From NCBI GenBank assembly GCA_963778655.1, contig CAVZVA010000002.1, positions 416,001-480,000 of the forward strand: a stretch of 64,000 nucleotides of DNA, in the 5' to 3' direction. Below, one piece after another: positions 44,598-56,007 of this stretch. Origin of the DNA: an uncultured delta proteobacterium (GTDB lineage Bacteria; Myxococcota_A; Polyangia; Polyangiales; JAFGIB01). The position numbers were made by a program, and so were the translations under genes. The notes beneath the pieces were generated by a model, which had not been told where the DNA came from, searched no databases, and saw only the letters and a program-made list of their open reading frames with translations. The number at the start of each line of letters is the position of its first letter. Positions within the stretch are counted from its first letter, which is position 1.

Positions 44598-45863
44598 TCA
44601 GCGCCAGATGGGAAGAAACAACCGCAGCTTGTAGGCCGAAAGGCTGAGCGGCAACTGCGCCCACACCGGCGCGTAGAACACGGAGACTTCCGCCGCCACC
44701 AGCAGGGCCAGCAGCACCGCGCGCGGGTGGCGCGGGAACGCGCGGGCCGCGGCGCCGGCCAGCAACACCAGACCGAAGCCGTAGCTGGGCAGGTAGTGAT
44801 AGATGTACGAGTCGCGTGCGGTCAGCACCCAGGGCGACAGAAAGCCGAGCCAGCACGCACACGGCAACAGCGCGGGCCATTCGCGCTCGAGCAGCGAGGC
44901 CAGGCCCGGCGCGCCGGGGCCGCGCGCCCGCAGCGCGCGCACGCCGTGCCACAGCAAGCAGGCGAGCGTGGCCAGCACGAGCAGCGCGCTGGACCACCAC
45001 AGCAGCGGATTGTCGAGCGTGGTCATCGCGCGGACGTAGCCGCCGGGCGCAGGGTCGAAGCGCAGGGTGATCGGGCGCCACGGCAGAAACCAGCTGTACC
45101 AATGGGAGGTGAGCGGATTCGTCATCTGCGTGAGGCCCGCGTGGTGCTTGATCAGCACGAGCGTGGCGCGCGCCACGCCGGCCGGACTGGCGGGCAGCCC
45201 GGTGAGGCGCTGCCCGAGCGCGTACTGCGCGTAGAACGCAAGCAGCAGCGAAAGCCCGCTCGCGCATGCCAGCAAGAGCTTGCGTGCCGGCCGCGCGCGC
45301 AGCGCGAGCAGCGCCAGCGCGATCGGCAGCGCCAGGGTGACGCCGCTGATCTTGATCGAGCTCGCCAGGCCCGCGACCGCGCCCGCGGCGATGATGCGCC
45401 AGGATCGTGGCCCGGGGGCCAGCAGCAACAGCACGCAAAAGCCGAAGCCGAGCAGCATGCCGTCGAGCAGCGCGGTGCGCGAGTAGACCAGCGGAAAGCC
45501 GTCGAGCGCGAGCAGCAGCGCGGCCAGACCGCCGGCGAGCGGGTCGCGAAACAGCACGCGTGCGGCGAAGAACGCCAGCGCGAGGCTGCCGAGCCCGAAC
45601 ATCAGCGCGGCGGCGCGCCAGCCGACCGGTCCGTCGCCGAGCGCGCGCATGCACAGCGCCATCAGCAGCTTGCCGAGCGGCGGATGGTCGTTCCAGTCCG
45701 GCCGCCCCGCCAGATAGTTGCGCGCGTTCTCGACGAAGTGGTGCTCGTCGAAGGTGAGCCTGGGCGGGAAGCCGAGCTGCTGCACGCGCAGATACACCCC
45801 GAACGCGACGCCCGCCGCCACCAGCAGCCAGATCGGACGCCGATCGATCGCAGCCGCGGTCAT
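44598..45863 (-). CDS. Lipid-carrier-dependent glycosyltransferase, PMT/GT39-like
   Basis: FDEHHFV, HPPLGK, LLDG and YIYHYLP motifs; multi-pass membrane protein. Confidence 0.85.
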   Translation of the reverse strand: MTAAAIDRRPIWLLVAAGVAFGVYLRVQQLGFPPRLTFDEHHFVENARNYLAGRPDWNDHPPLGKLLMALCMRALGDGPVGWRAAALMFGLGSLALAFFAARVLFRDPLAGGLAALLLALDGFPLVYSRTALLDGMLLGFGFCVLLLLAPGPRSWRIIAAGAVAGLASSIKISGVTLALPIALALLALRARPARKLLLACASGLSLLLAFYAQYALGQRLTGLPASPAGVARATLVLIKHHAGLTQMTNPLTSHWYSWFLPWRPITLRFDPAPGGYVRAMTTLDNPLLWWSSALLVLATLACLLWHGVRALRARGPGAPGLASLLEREWPALLPCACWLGFLSPWVLTARDSYIYHYLPSYGFGLVLLAGAAARAFPRHPRAVLLALLVAAEVSVFYAPVWAQLPLSLSAYKLRLFLPIWR

Positions 45864-45866
45864 GGC

Positions 45867-46382
45867 TCAGCCGCTCACCCTGCAGGACAGCGCTTCGGCC
45901 ACCCACAGCGAAGGCACAGGGCCCCAGGCCGCCGCGGGCCCGAAGCGCACGTAGACCGCGTCCACCTGGCGCAGCAGCCGCAGCCTACACGAGGCGGTGA
46001 AGCGGCGAAGCGCCTGGCGGGATTTTCCCGCGGGCGGCTCCTGCCAGTAGCGCGCCGCGAGAGCGGGCTGCGCGAACAGGTCGGGCACCAGGTACATCAC
46101 TCCGTCGAGGCTCACGAAGGGCTGCAGCACGCCCGCGCCCGCGGAAGCGGGCGGGCCGCCGGGGCGGTGAAAGCGGCAGCGATAGCGGCCGATGTCGGCG
46201 GAGAGCGCGCAGCTGAGGTCATCCCTGTCTGCGGTGATCAGCGTGAGCGCCGCCTCGACCAGGCTACCGGCCGCGGGCGGATGTCCGCGCAGCGAGAACA
46301 GCCCCGGCGCCAGCACGAGCGCGACGGCCAGCAGCAGCCACTGGAGGCGGTCGGTGCGGGCTTCCGGCGGCGGCGCTCTCAT
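45867..46382 (-). CDS. Hypothetical membrane-anchored protein with four Cys
   Basis: ATGA overlap with the GDPD gene; N-terminal TM segment. Confidence 0.65.
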   Translation of the reverse strand: MRAPPPEARTDRLQWLLLAVALVLAPGLFSLRGHPPAAGSLVEAALTLITADRDDLSCALSADIGRYRCRFHRPGGPPASAGAGVLQPFVSLDGVMYLVPDLFAQPALAARYWQEPPAGKSRQALRRFTASCRLRLLRQVDAVYVRFGPAAAWGPVPSLWVAEALSCRVSG

Positions 46383-47230
46383 GATGCCCCCGCCTCCTGC
46401 GGCTGGGGCTGTGCGCCGCCGGCGAGCGCGGGGTGACGCGCGCGCCAGCCCTGCGTGTACGCGCTGCACGCGAACAGCGCGGCCATCGCGCGCGGGTCGT
46501 CGCTGACGATGCCGTCGGCGCCGAGCGCGAGCAAGCGCTCCGCGAGCGCGCGGTCGTCGACCACCCAGTAGTCGACCGCGACGCCGAGCGCGTGCGCCTT
46601 GCGCACCAGCGCGGCACGGTCGAGCCGCAGCGGCCCGGCGCGCAGCGGCAGCTGCAGGCGTTGCCCGCGCGGGCGCAGGCGCCGCAGCAGCGGCCCCGGG
46701 GCGAGCACCGCGCGCGCGGCCTCGGCGCGGCCCATGCCGGTGGGCCCGCGATAGCCGAGCGCGCGGATGCGCGCGGTGGTCGCCGAGGAGAAGCTGGTGA
46801 GCAGCACGCGCGGCTCGGCTGCGTGCTGCGCGATCACCCGCAGCAGCGGGCCGAGCACCTCGGGCTCTGGCGGCTTGACATCGACGTTCAGCAAGGCGGA
46901 GGGAAACTCCCGCAGCGTCTCGTCCAGCGTCGGCACGCGCGCGGAAGCGCGCGCATCGGGGCCGCCGCAGCCGCGGGTGAGGTCCCAGCCCTGGACCGCG
47001 GCCAGGCTGCAGTCGCGGATCGCCCGCGCCACTCCGGCGGTGCGCGCACCATCTGGGTCGTGTGCGACCACCACATGGCGATCGCGCGTCATGTGCACGT
47101 CGATCTCGAGCGCGTCCGCTCCGGCCTGCAGCGCCGCGGCAAAAGCCGGCAAGGTGTTCTCGGGCTGCTCCAGACGCGCGCCGCGGTGCGCATAGAGAAG
47201 CGGCCCCTGCAGCGCGCGCCAGCCTTCCAT
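46379..47230 (-). CDS. Glycerophosphodiester phosphodiesterase
   Basis: YAHRGA, PENT, LEIDV, VVAHD and GIVSD motifs. Confidence 0.9.
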   Translation of the reverse strand: MEGWRALQGPLLYAHRGARLEQPENTLPAFAAALQAGADALEIDVHMTRDRHVVVAHDPDGARTAGVARAIRDCSLAAVQGWDLTRGCGGPDARASARVPTLDETLREFPSALLNVDVKPPEPEVLGPLLRVIAQHAAEPRVLLTSFSSATTARIRALGYRGPTGMGRAEAARAVLAPGPLLRRLRPRGQRLQLPLRAGPLRLDRAALVRKAHALGVAVDYWVVDDRALAERLLALGADGIVSDDPRAMAALFACSAYTQGWRARHPALAGGAQPQPQEAGAS

Positions 47231-47272
47231 GCGGCGTGAGCATAGCAGCGACGATGTGCTAGATCCTGGGCC

Positions 47273-47803
47273 ATGACGGGCACCGACGAGAGCATCGCAT
47301 TCGTTCCGGTCCAGATCGCGATCCTGACGGTCTCCGACACGCGCGGCGAGGAGGAAGACCGCTCGGGCGCCACCCTGGTGGAGCGGGCCGAGCGGGCCGG
47401 CCACACGGTGCTGCGGCGGGCGATCGTGCCTGACGACCGGGCGGCGATCGAGCGCGCGCTGCGCGAATGGATCGCCGACCCCGAGGTCGACGTGGTGATC
47501 TCGACCGGCGGCACCGGGGTGACCGGACGCGACGTCACGCCCGAAGCCTTCCGCGCGGTCTACGACAAGGAGATCGAGGGCTTCGGCGAGCTGTTCCGCT
47601 GGATCAGCTTCAAGCACATCGGCACCTCCACCATCCAGTCGCGCGCGACCGGGGGCGTGGCCGCCGGCACCTATCTGTTCGCGCTGCCCGGCTCGACCGG
47701 GGCCTGCCGGGACGCCTGGGACGAGATCCTGGTGCACCAGCTCGACCGCCGCTATCGGCCGTGCAACTTCGTCGAGCTGATGCCGCGCCTGCTGGAGAAG
47801 TGA
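47273..47803 (+). CDS. moaB: Molybdenum cofactor biosynthesis protein B
   Basis: LTVSDTR, STGGTG...[15 protein letters not shown] and [11 protein letters not shown] motifs. Confidence 0.95.
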   Translation: MTGTDESIAFVPVQIAILTVSDTRGEEEDRSGATLVERAERAGHTVLRRAIVPDDRAAIERALREWIADPEVDVVISTGGTGVTGRDVTPEAFRAVYDKEIEGFGELFRWISFKHIGTSTIQSRATGGVAAGTYLFALPGSTGACRDAWDEILVHQLDRRYRPCNFVELMPRLLEK

Positions 47804-47822
47804 CGGCGCGATCGACCAGGAC

Positions 47823-47924
47823 ATGAAACAGGAAGACGGGAATACGGGCGGTGGTTGGGGCGCCACGACGGCGCCGTGTCGGGGTAGGAAGAATTTCTTC
47901 CTGTCTTCCCGCCTTCCTGTGATT
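47823..47924. repeat. CAGGAAG-family inverted repeat element (both arms present)
   Basis: ATGAAACAGGAAGACGGGAA ... TCTTCCTGTCTTCCCGCCTTCCTGTGA. Confidence 0.75.
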
Positions 47925-47987
47925 CTTGGTCCCGTCCGGCTCGCCTGACGCGTGCCCGACTGGCTGAATGCGCTATAAGGCCGCTCC

Positions 47988-50012
<2,025 letters not shown>

Positions 50013-50172
50013 GCCGGCGTGGGACCGCGGGGCTCCCCCCTCCCGTTGTTTGGAGCGCGTGACCGTCGGGTTTGGGCCGGGGCAGTGAACCAGCTCACAG
50101 GCTCGAATTGGGTACATTCCATCGCACACGTGAACACCTGCGAACGGCTCGGCACGTATGCGAGAATAGGCC

Positions 50173-53100
50173 GTGGCAAAGGGGCCGGCGCAGCTCGAGA
50201 CGGTGGGCAGCTCGATCGGAGCGCGCTACGTAGTCGAGGAAGTTCTCGGCCACGGGGGCATGGCCGCGGTCTATCGCGTGCGCGACAGCCGCACCGGCAA
50301 GACGCTTGCGCTCAAGCGCGGATTCGCGCGCGACGCCAAGAAGCGGCAACGGCGCCACGCACTGCTGCAACGCGAGTACCACACGCTCTCGCAGCTCGCG
50401 CACCCGCGCATCATCGAGGTCCACGACTACGGCGTCGACGAGCAGGGCCCCTACTACCTGATGGAGCTGCTCGACGGGCGCGACCTCGACGGCAGCGGCA
50501 AGCTGCCTTGGAAGGAAGCCTGCGCGCTGCTCTGTGACGTGGCGTCGTCGCTGGCGATCCTGCACTCGCGCGGGCTGATCCACCGCGACGTCTCCGCGCG
50601 CAACGTGCGCCGCACCGCGGACGGCCGCGCCAAGCTGATCGACTTCGGCGCGATGGCGTCGCTGGGTGTGCCCAAAGACGTGGTGGGCACCCCGCCGTTC
50701 ATGGCGCCCGAGGCGCTGCAGATGCAGACGCTCGACGGCAGGGTCGATCTGTTCGCGCTCGGCGCGCTCGCCTATTACTTGCTCACCGGCCGCCACGCCT
50801 TTCCGGCGCGCCGGATGCGCGACCTGCGCGACGTCTGGCGCTCACGTCCGCCTCCTCCGTCCCGCCGCGTGCCGGAGATCCCGCCGGCGCTGAGCGAGCT
50901 GGTGCTGCAGCTGCTCGCGCTCGACCGCAACGCGCGCCCGCACACCGCCGCCGAGGTGATCAGCCGGCTTTCGGCCATCGCCGGCATCGCCGTGGAAGAG
51001 CAGCGCGAGGTCTCGCGCGCCTACCTCACCACACCGACCCTGGTGGGCCGGGACCGCGCCTTGATCGCGGTGCGCAAACGCCTGCTTTCGCTGGCGCGCG
51101 GCGACGGGGGCTCGCTGCTGCTCGAGGGCGTCGCGGGCTCGGGCCGATCGCGCCTGCTGGACGCTTGTGCGATCGAGGGCAAGCTGCTGGGCGCCGCGGT
51201 GCTGCGCGCCGACCCCAGCGACGGTGAGCAGGGCGAGTTCGGGGTGATGCGCGCGCTCGGCGCGCAGCTGCTGGACCTGCTGCCGGAGGAAGTCGCCGAG
51301 GCCTCGCGCTTGACGCGCGGCGTGCTCGCGCAGGTGCTGGACGAGCTGCCGGGAACGGACAGCGGCTCGAGCCCGCCGCCGGCCGCCGACCATAGCCTGA
51401 TCGTGCGGGAGCTGCGCGACTTCGTGCTGACGCTCTCGCGCCGCCACCGGCTGCTGATCGCGGTCGACGACTTCGACCAAATCGACGAGCCCTCCAAGGC
51501 CGTGCTCGCAGCGCTCGCCCACAAGGTAGCGCGCTACCCGCTGATCATGGCCTTCGCGATCGACAGCGATGCCGACCACACGGCCGCGCCCGCGGTGCGG
51601 CTGCTGCGGCTCCTCTCCGACCGCATCGAGCTCGAGCCGCTCAGCGAGGTCGAGACCGAGACCCTGGTGCGCTCGCTGTTCGGCGACGTGGCCAACCTGC
51701 CGTTCGTGGCCGGCCGCATCTATGCGCTCGCGCAGGGCAACCCGCGCACGACCATGGAGCTGGCGCAGCACCTGGTCCACGAAGGGCTGATCCGTTACCA
51801 GGCCGGCAGCTTCACCCTGCCCGGACGGCTCGACGAGGGCGAGCTGCCCGCGACGCTGGCGGCCTCCCTCGCGGCGCGGCTCTCGGCGCTCTCGCCGGAT
51901 GCGCGCGAGCTGTGCGAGGTGCTGTCGCTGTGCGACGGCGACGCGCTGAGCTTCGCCAGCTACGCCTTTCTGACCGAGCACCGCGATCCCAGGCGCGTGT
52001 TCGCTGCACTCGACGAGCTGGTCGCCGAGCGCGTAGTAGTGGCCGACAGCGAGCGCTACCGCTTCAGCCAGCGCGGCTTCCTGCCGGTGGTGGCCAGCTC
52101 GATGGACCCGAGCCGCGCCGCCGTGGTGCACGGTCGGCTGGCCGACCTGCTCGGCAGCACCGGCGGAGACGTGCTGCGCCGCGCGCACCACCTATTCGAG
52201 TGCGGGCGCGACCTGCCGGCGATCCAGCTGGTGGCAGCCGCCGATCCGACCGAGCTGCTCGCGCCGCTCTCGCTGCTGGAGCGCTCGGTGGAGCGCGCCG
52301 AGCAGCACGGGCTCGATGCCCGTACGATTCACCAGCTGCGGATGGCCCTGCTGATCAAGGCCCAGGGCATTCCGGCCATCGATCGCTTCATGGTGCACCT
52401 GCCCGCGGCGCTCGCCCCGGTCGAGCGCGACAGCGCGCTCACGCGCTACTGCGAGCTCGAGGGACTGCCGCCGAGCGAGCGGCTGGCGCAGGCACTGGCC
52501 CGAACCCAGGAGGCCTATCTCGCCACCCCGGAGCACGAACGCGTCTACGCCGTGGGCGAGGCGATCTCGGCGCTGGCGCGGTTGGGCGGCCTGGTCGGTA
52601 CGGTCGGGGCTTGGACTTTCGACCTCGACTTCATCGAGTCCTTTCCCTCGATAGAGCCGCTCGAGCCGCTCTCGCCCGCGCTGGGCGCGCTCTCGCGCTT
52701 CATGCTCGGCCTGAAAGAGAACACGCGCGGCCGCTTCCAGCGCGCCGCGTCCATCTTCGAGCAACTGCTGGTGCGGCTGGCCGAGCCCGACCGCGCAGGG
52801 CTTCCGTCCGGGCAGCACTCGCGCACGCGCTACGGCCTGCACCTGCTGCTCGGCCTGATCTACGGCGCGTCGGGCTCCGACGCGGCGATGCCGCACGCCG
52901 ACATGCTGGAGTCGGACCGCAGGTACCGCGTGAGCGCGTGGCGCGTGCGCCAGATCCTGCACTTGAGCCGCGGCGCCAGCGAGGAGGCGCGCCGCTGCAT
53001 GCGCCAGGCGGAGCTCGCGCAGCTGCAGACCAACGCCGAGCAGCACGCGATGGGCGGCAACTTCGCGGCCGAGCTGATCGTGGCCTCGCTCGCGGGCGAC

Positions 53101-54261
53101 CTGCTCACGCTGCGCAGCACGATCGAGCGCATGTCCCCGCTGGCCGAACGCTACCGCGGCTGGCAGCCTTTGATCCTTTACGGACGCAGCCGGGTGCTGC
53201 ATCTGCACGGGGACACGGCCGGCGCGCTCGAGCTGGTGCTGCAGGCGATGGAGCGCGCGCGCCCGCTGCGCCACTTCCTGTTCAACGCGCTGGCCGCGGC
53301 CCGCGTGAGCCTGCTGACCGAGATCGGACGCGCCGAGGAAGCCGTGGCGCTGGGGCAAGAGTACCTCGACCTGTCGACGCGCGAGGAGCTGGTCAGCCCG
53401 GACCGCGGCCTGCACGTGGCGCAGGCGCTGGCGCTGTGCCGTACCGGCCGCAACGACGAGGCCGCAACGATGGCGGAGACCGCGATCGGGCTGCTGGCCG
53501 AGCCCGGTCGCTCGGGCGTCGCGCTGGGCTCGGCGTACGAGGCACGCGCGCGCGTCGCCCTGGCGGCAAACGATATGACGGGCTTCGAGCACTTCGTCGC
53601 GCTGTGCGGCGCCGAGTACGGCCGCGGCGGCAACCCGGCGCTCGAAGCGCGCCTGGAGCGCCTGATCGACGAGGCGGAGGGCGTGAACGCCGCCTCGCTC
53701 AGGCCGCAGTCCCTGCTCGCCACGATGAGCCTGGACGACGTCACCAGCGAATACGCCACGGTCTACAGCCGCATGCGCGAGTGCGTGGACCCTGGCGACC
53801 GCGCGCGCTGCGCGCTGACCATCCTGCTGCAGCATCTGGAGAGCTTCGCCGGCTACCTGTACGGGGTGGGCACGGGCGGCCTGACGCTGCTGGCGGGGCT
53901 GCCCGAGCACGAGCCGGAACCGGACCTCGACCGCTGGGTCCGCGCGTGGGCGGAGCTCGAGCTGACCTCGCTCCCGGACGAGGAGGTCACGGCCGAGGAC
54001 GAGGCTCCGCCATCCGGCCCCTCGGTGCCCAAGCGCCATACCGACCGCGAGGGCCGCGCCTTCGAGGCGGTGGTGCTGCTCGGCGACGAGGACGCGCAGG
54101 AGCGCGCGGCAGCGGTGCTGGTGCTCAGGCGCGATGCGCTGCGCCCGCACCAGCCCCACGACCGCGGCCTGCTCACCCGCATGGCCAGCGAGCTGCTCGG
54201 CCACGGCGACGTCACCGGCCTCGCGCTCGAGCAATTCTCGACCGACACGGCCGAGCACTGA
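50173..54261 (+). CDS. Protein kinase plus AAA/STAND-like ATPase plus TPR-like helical region
   Basis: GHGGMAAVY, HRDVSARN, DFG, APE; GVAGSGRS; IAVDD; AQGNP. Confidence 0.88.
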   Translation: MAKGPAQLETVGSSIGARYVVEEVLGHGGMAAVYRVRDSRTGKTLALKRGFARDAKKRQRRHALLQREYHTLSQLAHPRIIEVHDYGVDEQGPYYLMELLDGRDLDGSGKLPWKEACALLCDVASSLAILHSRGLIHRDVSARNVRRTADGRAKLIDFGAMASLGVPKDVVGTPPFMAPEALQMQTLDGRVDLFALGALAYYLLTGRHAFPARRMRDLRDVWRSRPPPPSRRVPEIPPALSELVLQLLALDRNARPHTAAEVISRLSAIAGIAVEEQREVSRAYLTTPTLVGRDRALIAVRKRLLSLARGDGGSLLLEGVAGSGRSRLLDACAIEGKLLGAAVLRADPSDGEQGEFGVMRALGAQLLDLLPEEVAEASRLTRGVLAQVLDELPGTDSGSSPPPAADHSLIVRELRDFVLTLSRRHRLLIAVDDFDQIDEPSKAVLAALAHKVARYPLIMAFAIDSDADHTAAPAVRLLRLLSDRIELEPLSEVETETLVRSLFGDVANLPFVAGRIYALAQGNPRTTMELAQHLVHEGLIRYQAGSFTLPGRLDEGELPATLAASLAARLSALSPDARELCEVLSLCDGDALSFASYAFLTEHRDPRRVFAALDELVAERVVVADSERYRFSQRGFLPVVASSMDPSRAAVVHGRLADLLGSTGGDVLRRAHHLFECGRDLPAIQLVAAADPTELLAPLSLLERSVERAEQHGLDARTIHQLRMALLIKAQGIPAIDRFMVHLPAALAPVERDSALTRYCELEGLPPSERLAQALARTQEAYLATPEHERVYAVGEAISALARLGGLVGTVGAWTFDLDFIESFPSIEPLEPLSPALGALSRFMLGLKENTRGRFQRAASIFEQLLVRLAEPDRAGLPSGQHSRTRYGLHLLLGLIYGASGSDAAMPHADMLESDRRYRVSAWRVRQILHLSRGASEEARRCMRQAELAQLQTNAEQHAMGGNFAAELIVASLAGDLLTLRSTIERMSPLAERYRGWQPLILYGRSRVLHLHGDTAGALELVLQAMERARPLRHFLFNALAAARVSLLTEIGRAEEAVALGQEYLDLSTREELVSPDRGLHVAQALALCRTGRNDEAATMAETAIGLLAEPGRSGVALGSAYEARARVALAANDMTGFEHFVALCGAEYGRGGNPALEARLERLIDEAEGVNAASLRPQSLLATMSLDDVTSEYATVYSRMRECVDPGDRARCALTILLQHLESFAGYLYGVGTGGLTLLAGLPEHEPEPDLDRWVRAWAELELTSLPDEEVTAEDEAPPSGPSVPKRHTDREGRAFEAVVLLGDEDAQERAAAVLVLRRDALRPHQPHDRGLLTRMASELLGHGDVTGLALEQFSTDTAEH

Positions 54262-54267
54262 TTTTGC

Positions 54268-54352
54268 CGGGAGGGCCACGCGCCCCTCCCGCCCCAGGGC
54301 CCGTGGCAAAGCCGTCGGGGCCCCACCCTCCCGCGGGGCTCGCTGCGCTCGC
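54268..54352 (+). repeat. Solo copy of the 99/137-bp hairpin element family
   Basis: Reverse complement of the 7749 unit: CGGGAGGG.CACGCG.CCCTCCCG, GGCAAAGCC, GGGGCCCCACCC, GCTCGCTGCGCTCGC. Confidence 0.85.
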
Positions 54353-54447
54353 TGGTAGTCGTGCCTGTAGCCGTGCGCGTTCTCAGCGCCGGCGAAAGTC
54401 GCAGAAAGGTCGAGCGAGATCAGCTACCCCGAGCGGGCGCTGCTCCA

Positions 54448-54612
54448 GAGCACCGAACATATTGAAACGTGTGCGAAGTCGGGGTCATGGCGGGATGCAG
54501 GGTGCCGGCGGGAGCCCGAAGGCGTAGTCCATCCTACGTCGAGCGGGGAGCGCGCGTGCCATGCGCCCGCGCGGGCCCCGAAATCGTGCGTGTTTCAATA
54601 GGTTCGGTGCTC
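54448..54612. mobile_element. MITE-like element, 165 bp, 21-bp terminal inverted repeats
   Basis: GAGCACCGAACATATTGAAAC ... GTTTCAATAGGTTCGGTGCTC (20/21 match); no clear target duplication. Confidence 0.72.
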
Positions 54613-54690
54613 CTTTATTGAGCATTTTCGCGCAGAAGCTGGCGGAAAGGCGGCGTGAAATGCGACGGGAGCGGGAATTAGGGACAGCCC

Positions 54691-55599
54691 CTAATACCGC
54701 GGGATGTCGGGGTCGATTCCGCGGGCCCAGGCGTCGATGCCGCCTTCCAGATTGTAGACGCGCTTGTAGCCCTCGCGCAGGTACTGCTCGGCGGCGTTCT
54801 GGCTGCGGGAGCCGTGGTGGCAATAGAAGACCAAGAGCGCATCGCGCTCCAGCGCTTCCAGCTCTTGCTCCACCTCTTCGATCAGGCGGCCGCCTTCGAT
54901 GCGCGCGATCGCGTGCTCACGCTCGGTGCGCACGTCGATCAACCAGGGCTTCTCGCCCGCATCCAGCATGCGCTTGAGGTCGGCCGGCCGCAGCGGCCGG
55001 ACGCGCGCCGGCTCGTTGGGGTTGTCGATGCGAAAGCCGCCGCCGCCCTCGCTCGAGTAGTCGATGGTGACGCCGTCGGCACGCTTGGCGCTCATGCGAT
55101 CGACCAGCACGGTGACGCCGCCCGCGTCGACCTCGAAGTCACCGCTGCGCTTCTCGTCGAGCGCGAGCTCGTGCTCGAAGCGGCTGCTGACGCCCAGACG
55201 CAGCACGCCCTGCTGGCCCTGCGCCGCTTGCGCCAGCGCCTTGCGCGCGGCCTCGGTGATCGCAATGCGCGGCACGCTCACCTGGTCTTCGACCCCGAGC
55301 GCGCTCTGCAGCTCGCCCGCGACGTACATCTCGCGCACGATGTCGCAGCCGCCCACGAACTTGCCCCCGATGTAGAGCTGGGGAATCGTCGGCCAGCTCG
55401 ACAACTCCTTGATGCCCTCGCGGATGTCGGGGTCCTTGAGCACGTTGACGGTGTGGTACTCGGGCAGCAGCTCGTTCAGGATCTGCACGACCGTCGCGGA
55501 GAACCCGCACTGCGGGAAGTTGCGCGTGCCCTTCATGAACAGCACGACGCGGTTGTTGTCGATCAGCTCGCTGATGCGGGTGCGCAGGGTGTCTTCCAA
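54691..55599 (-). CDS. grxD: Monothiol glutaredoxin Grx4 fused to HesB/IscA-like and rhodanese domains (TTG start inferred)
   Basis: FMKG...CGFS and WPTIPQL; ITEAA...FRIDNPN; IDVR...CHHGSRS...LEGGIDAW. Confidence 0.88.
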   Translation of the reverse strand: MEDTLRTRISELIDNNRVVLFMKGTRNFPQCGFSATVVQILNELLPEYHTVNVLKDPDIREGIKELSSWPTIPQLYIGGKFVGGCDIVREMYVAGELQSALGVEDQVSVPRIAITEAARKALAQAAQGQQGVLRLGVSSRFEHELALDEKRSGDFEVDAGGVTVLVDRMSAKRADGVTIDYSSEGGGGFRIDNPNEPARVRPLRPADLKRMLDAGEKPWLIDVRTEREHAIARIEGGRLIEEVEQELEALERDALLVFYCHHGSRSQNAAEQYLREGYKRVYNLEGGIDAWARGIDPDIPRY

Positions 55600-55728
55600 G
55601 GGATCGCTCTCTGTGGGCTGGGGCCGAGGCTGCCCGCGGGGCAGCGGCCACATTTCCCCAGCTCGTAAAGCCGTCGCGGCCCGGCGTCAACCAGATCGGG
55701 GCGGGGACCACGGTGAGGCCTTGGAGGC

Positions 55729-55814
55729 ATGAAACAGGAAGACTGAAAGAGCGGACGCTTGTCCGGCATCCCGCCGGGGTGTTGGGGAGCCGAAATTCTT
55801 CCCGTCTTCCTGTG
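55729..55814. repeat. CAGGAAG-family inverted repeat element
   Basis: ATGAAACAGGAAGACTGAAAGA ... TTCTTCCCGTCTTCCTGTG. Confidence 0.7.
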
Positions 55815-56007
55815 GCCCGGCTGGCGGCGCTCCCCTCCCACCGGGGGGCGGGTTGCCGCCCGACGCCCGCGCGCGGGCGTCGGGCGCCGGCCACGGGGGC
55901 CCGACCCGACAAAGTCGGAGGATTCACGCTTGGCCCGATCCGTGGTAACGGCGTAGCCGGCGCCCGCCGGACGCCCTCATGTTCTTGGCAGAGCCTCGGG
56001 AAAGCCC

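Noticed and set aside
54448..54612. 6S RNA
   Set aside because: Rod-like, but near-perfect terminal repeats and similarity to the 16036 element fit a MITE better, and the usual ssrS neighbours are absent; not formally excluded without an Rfam scan
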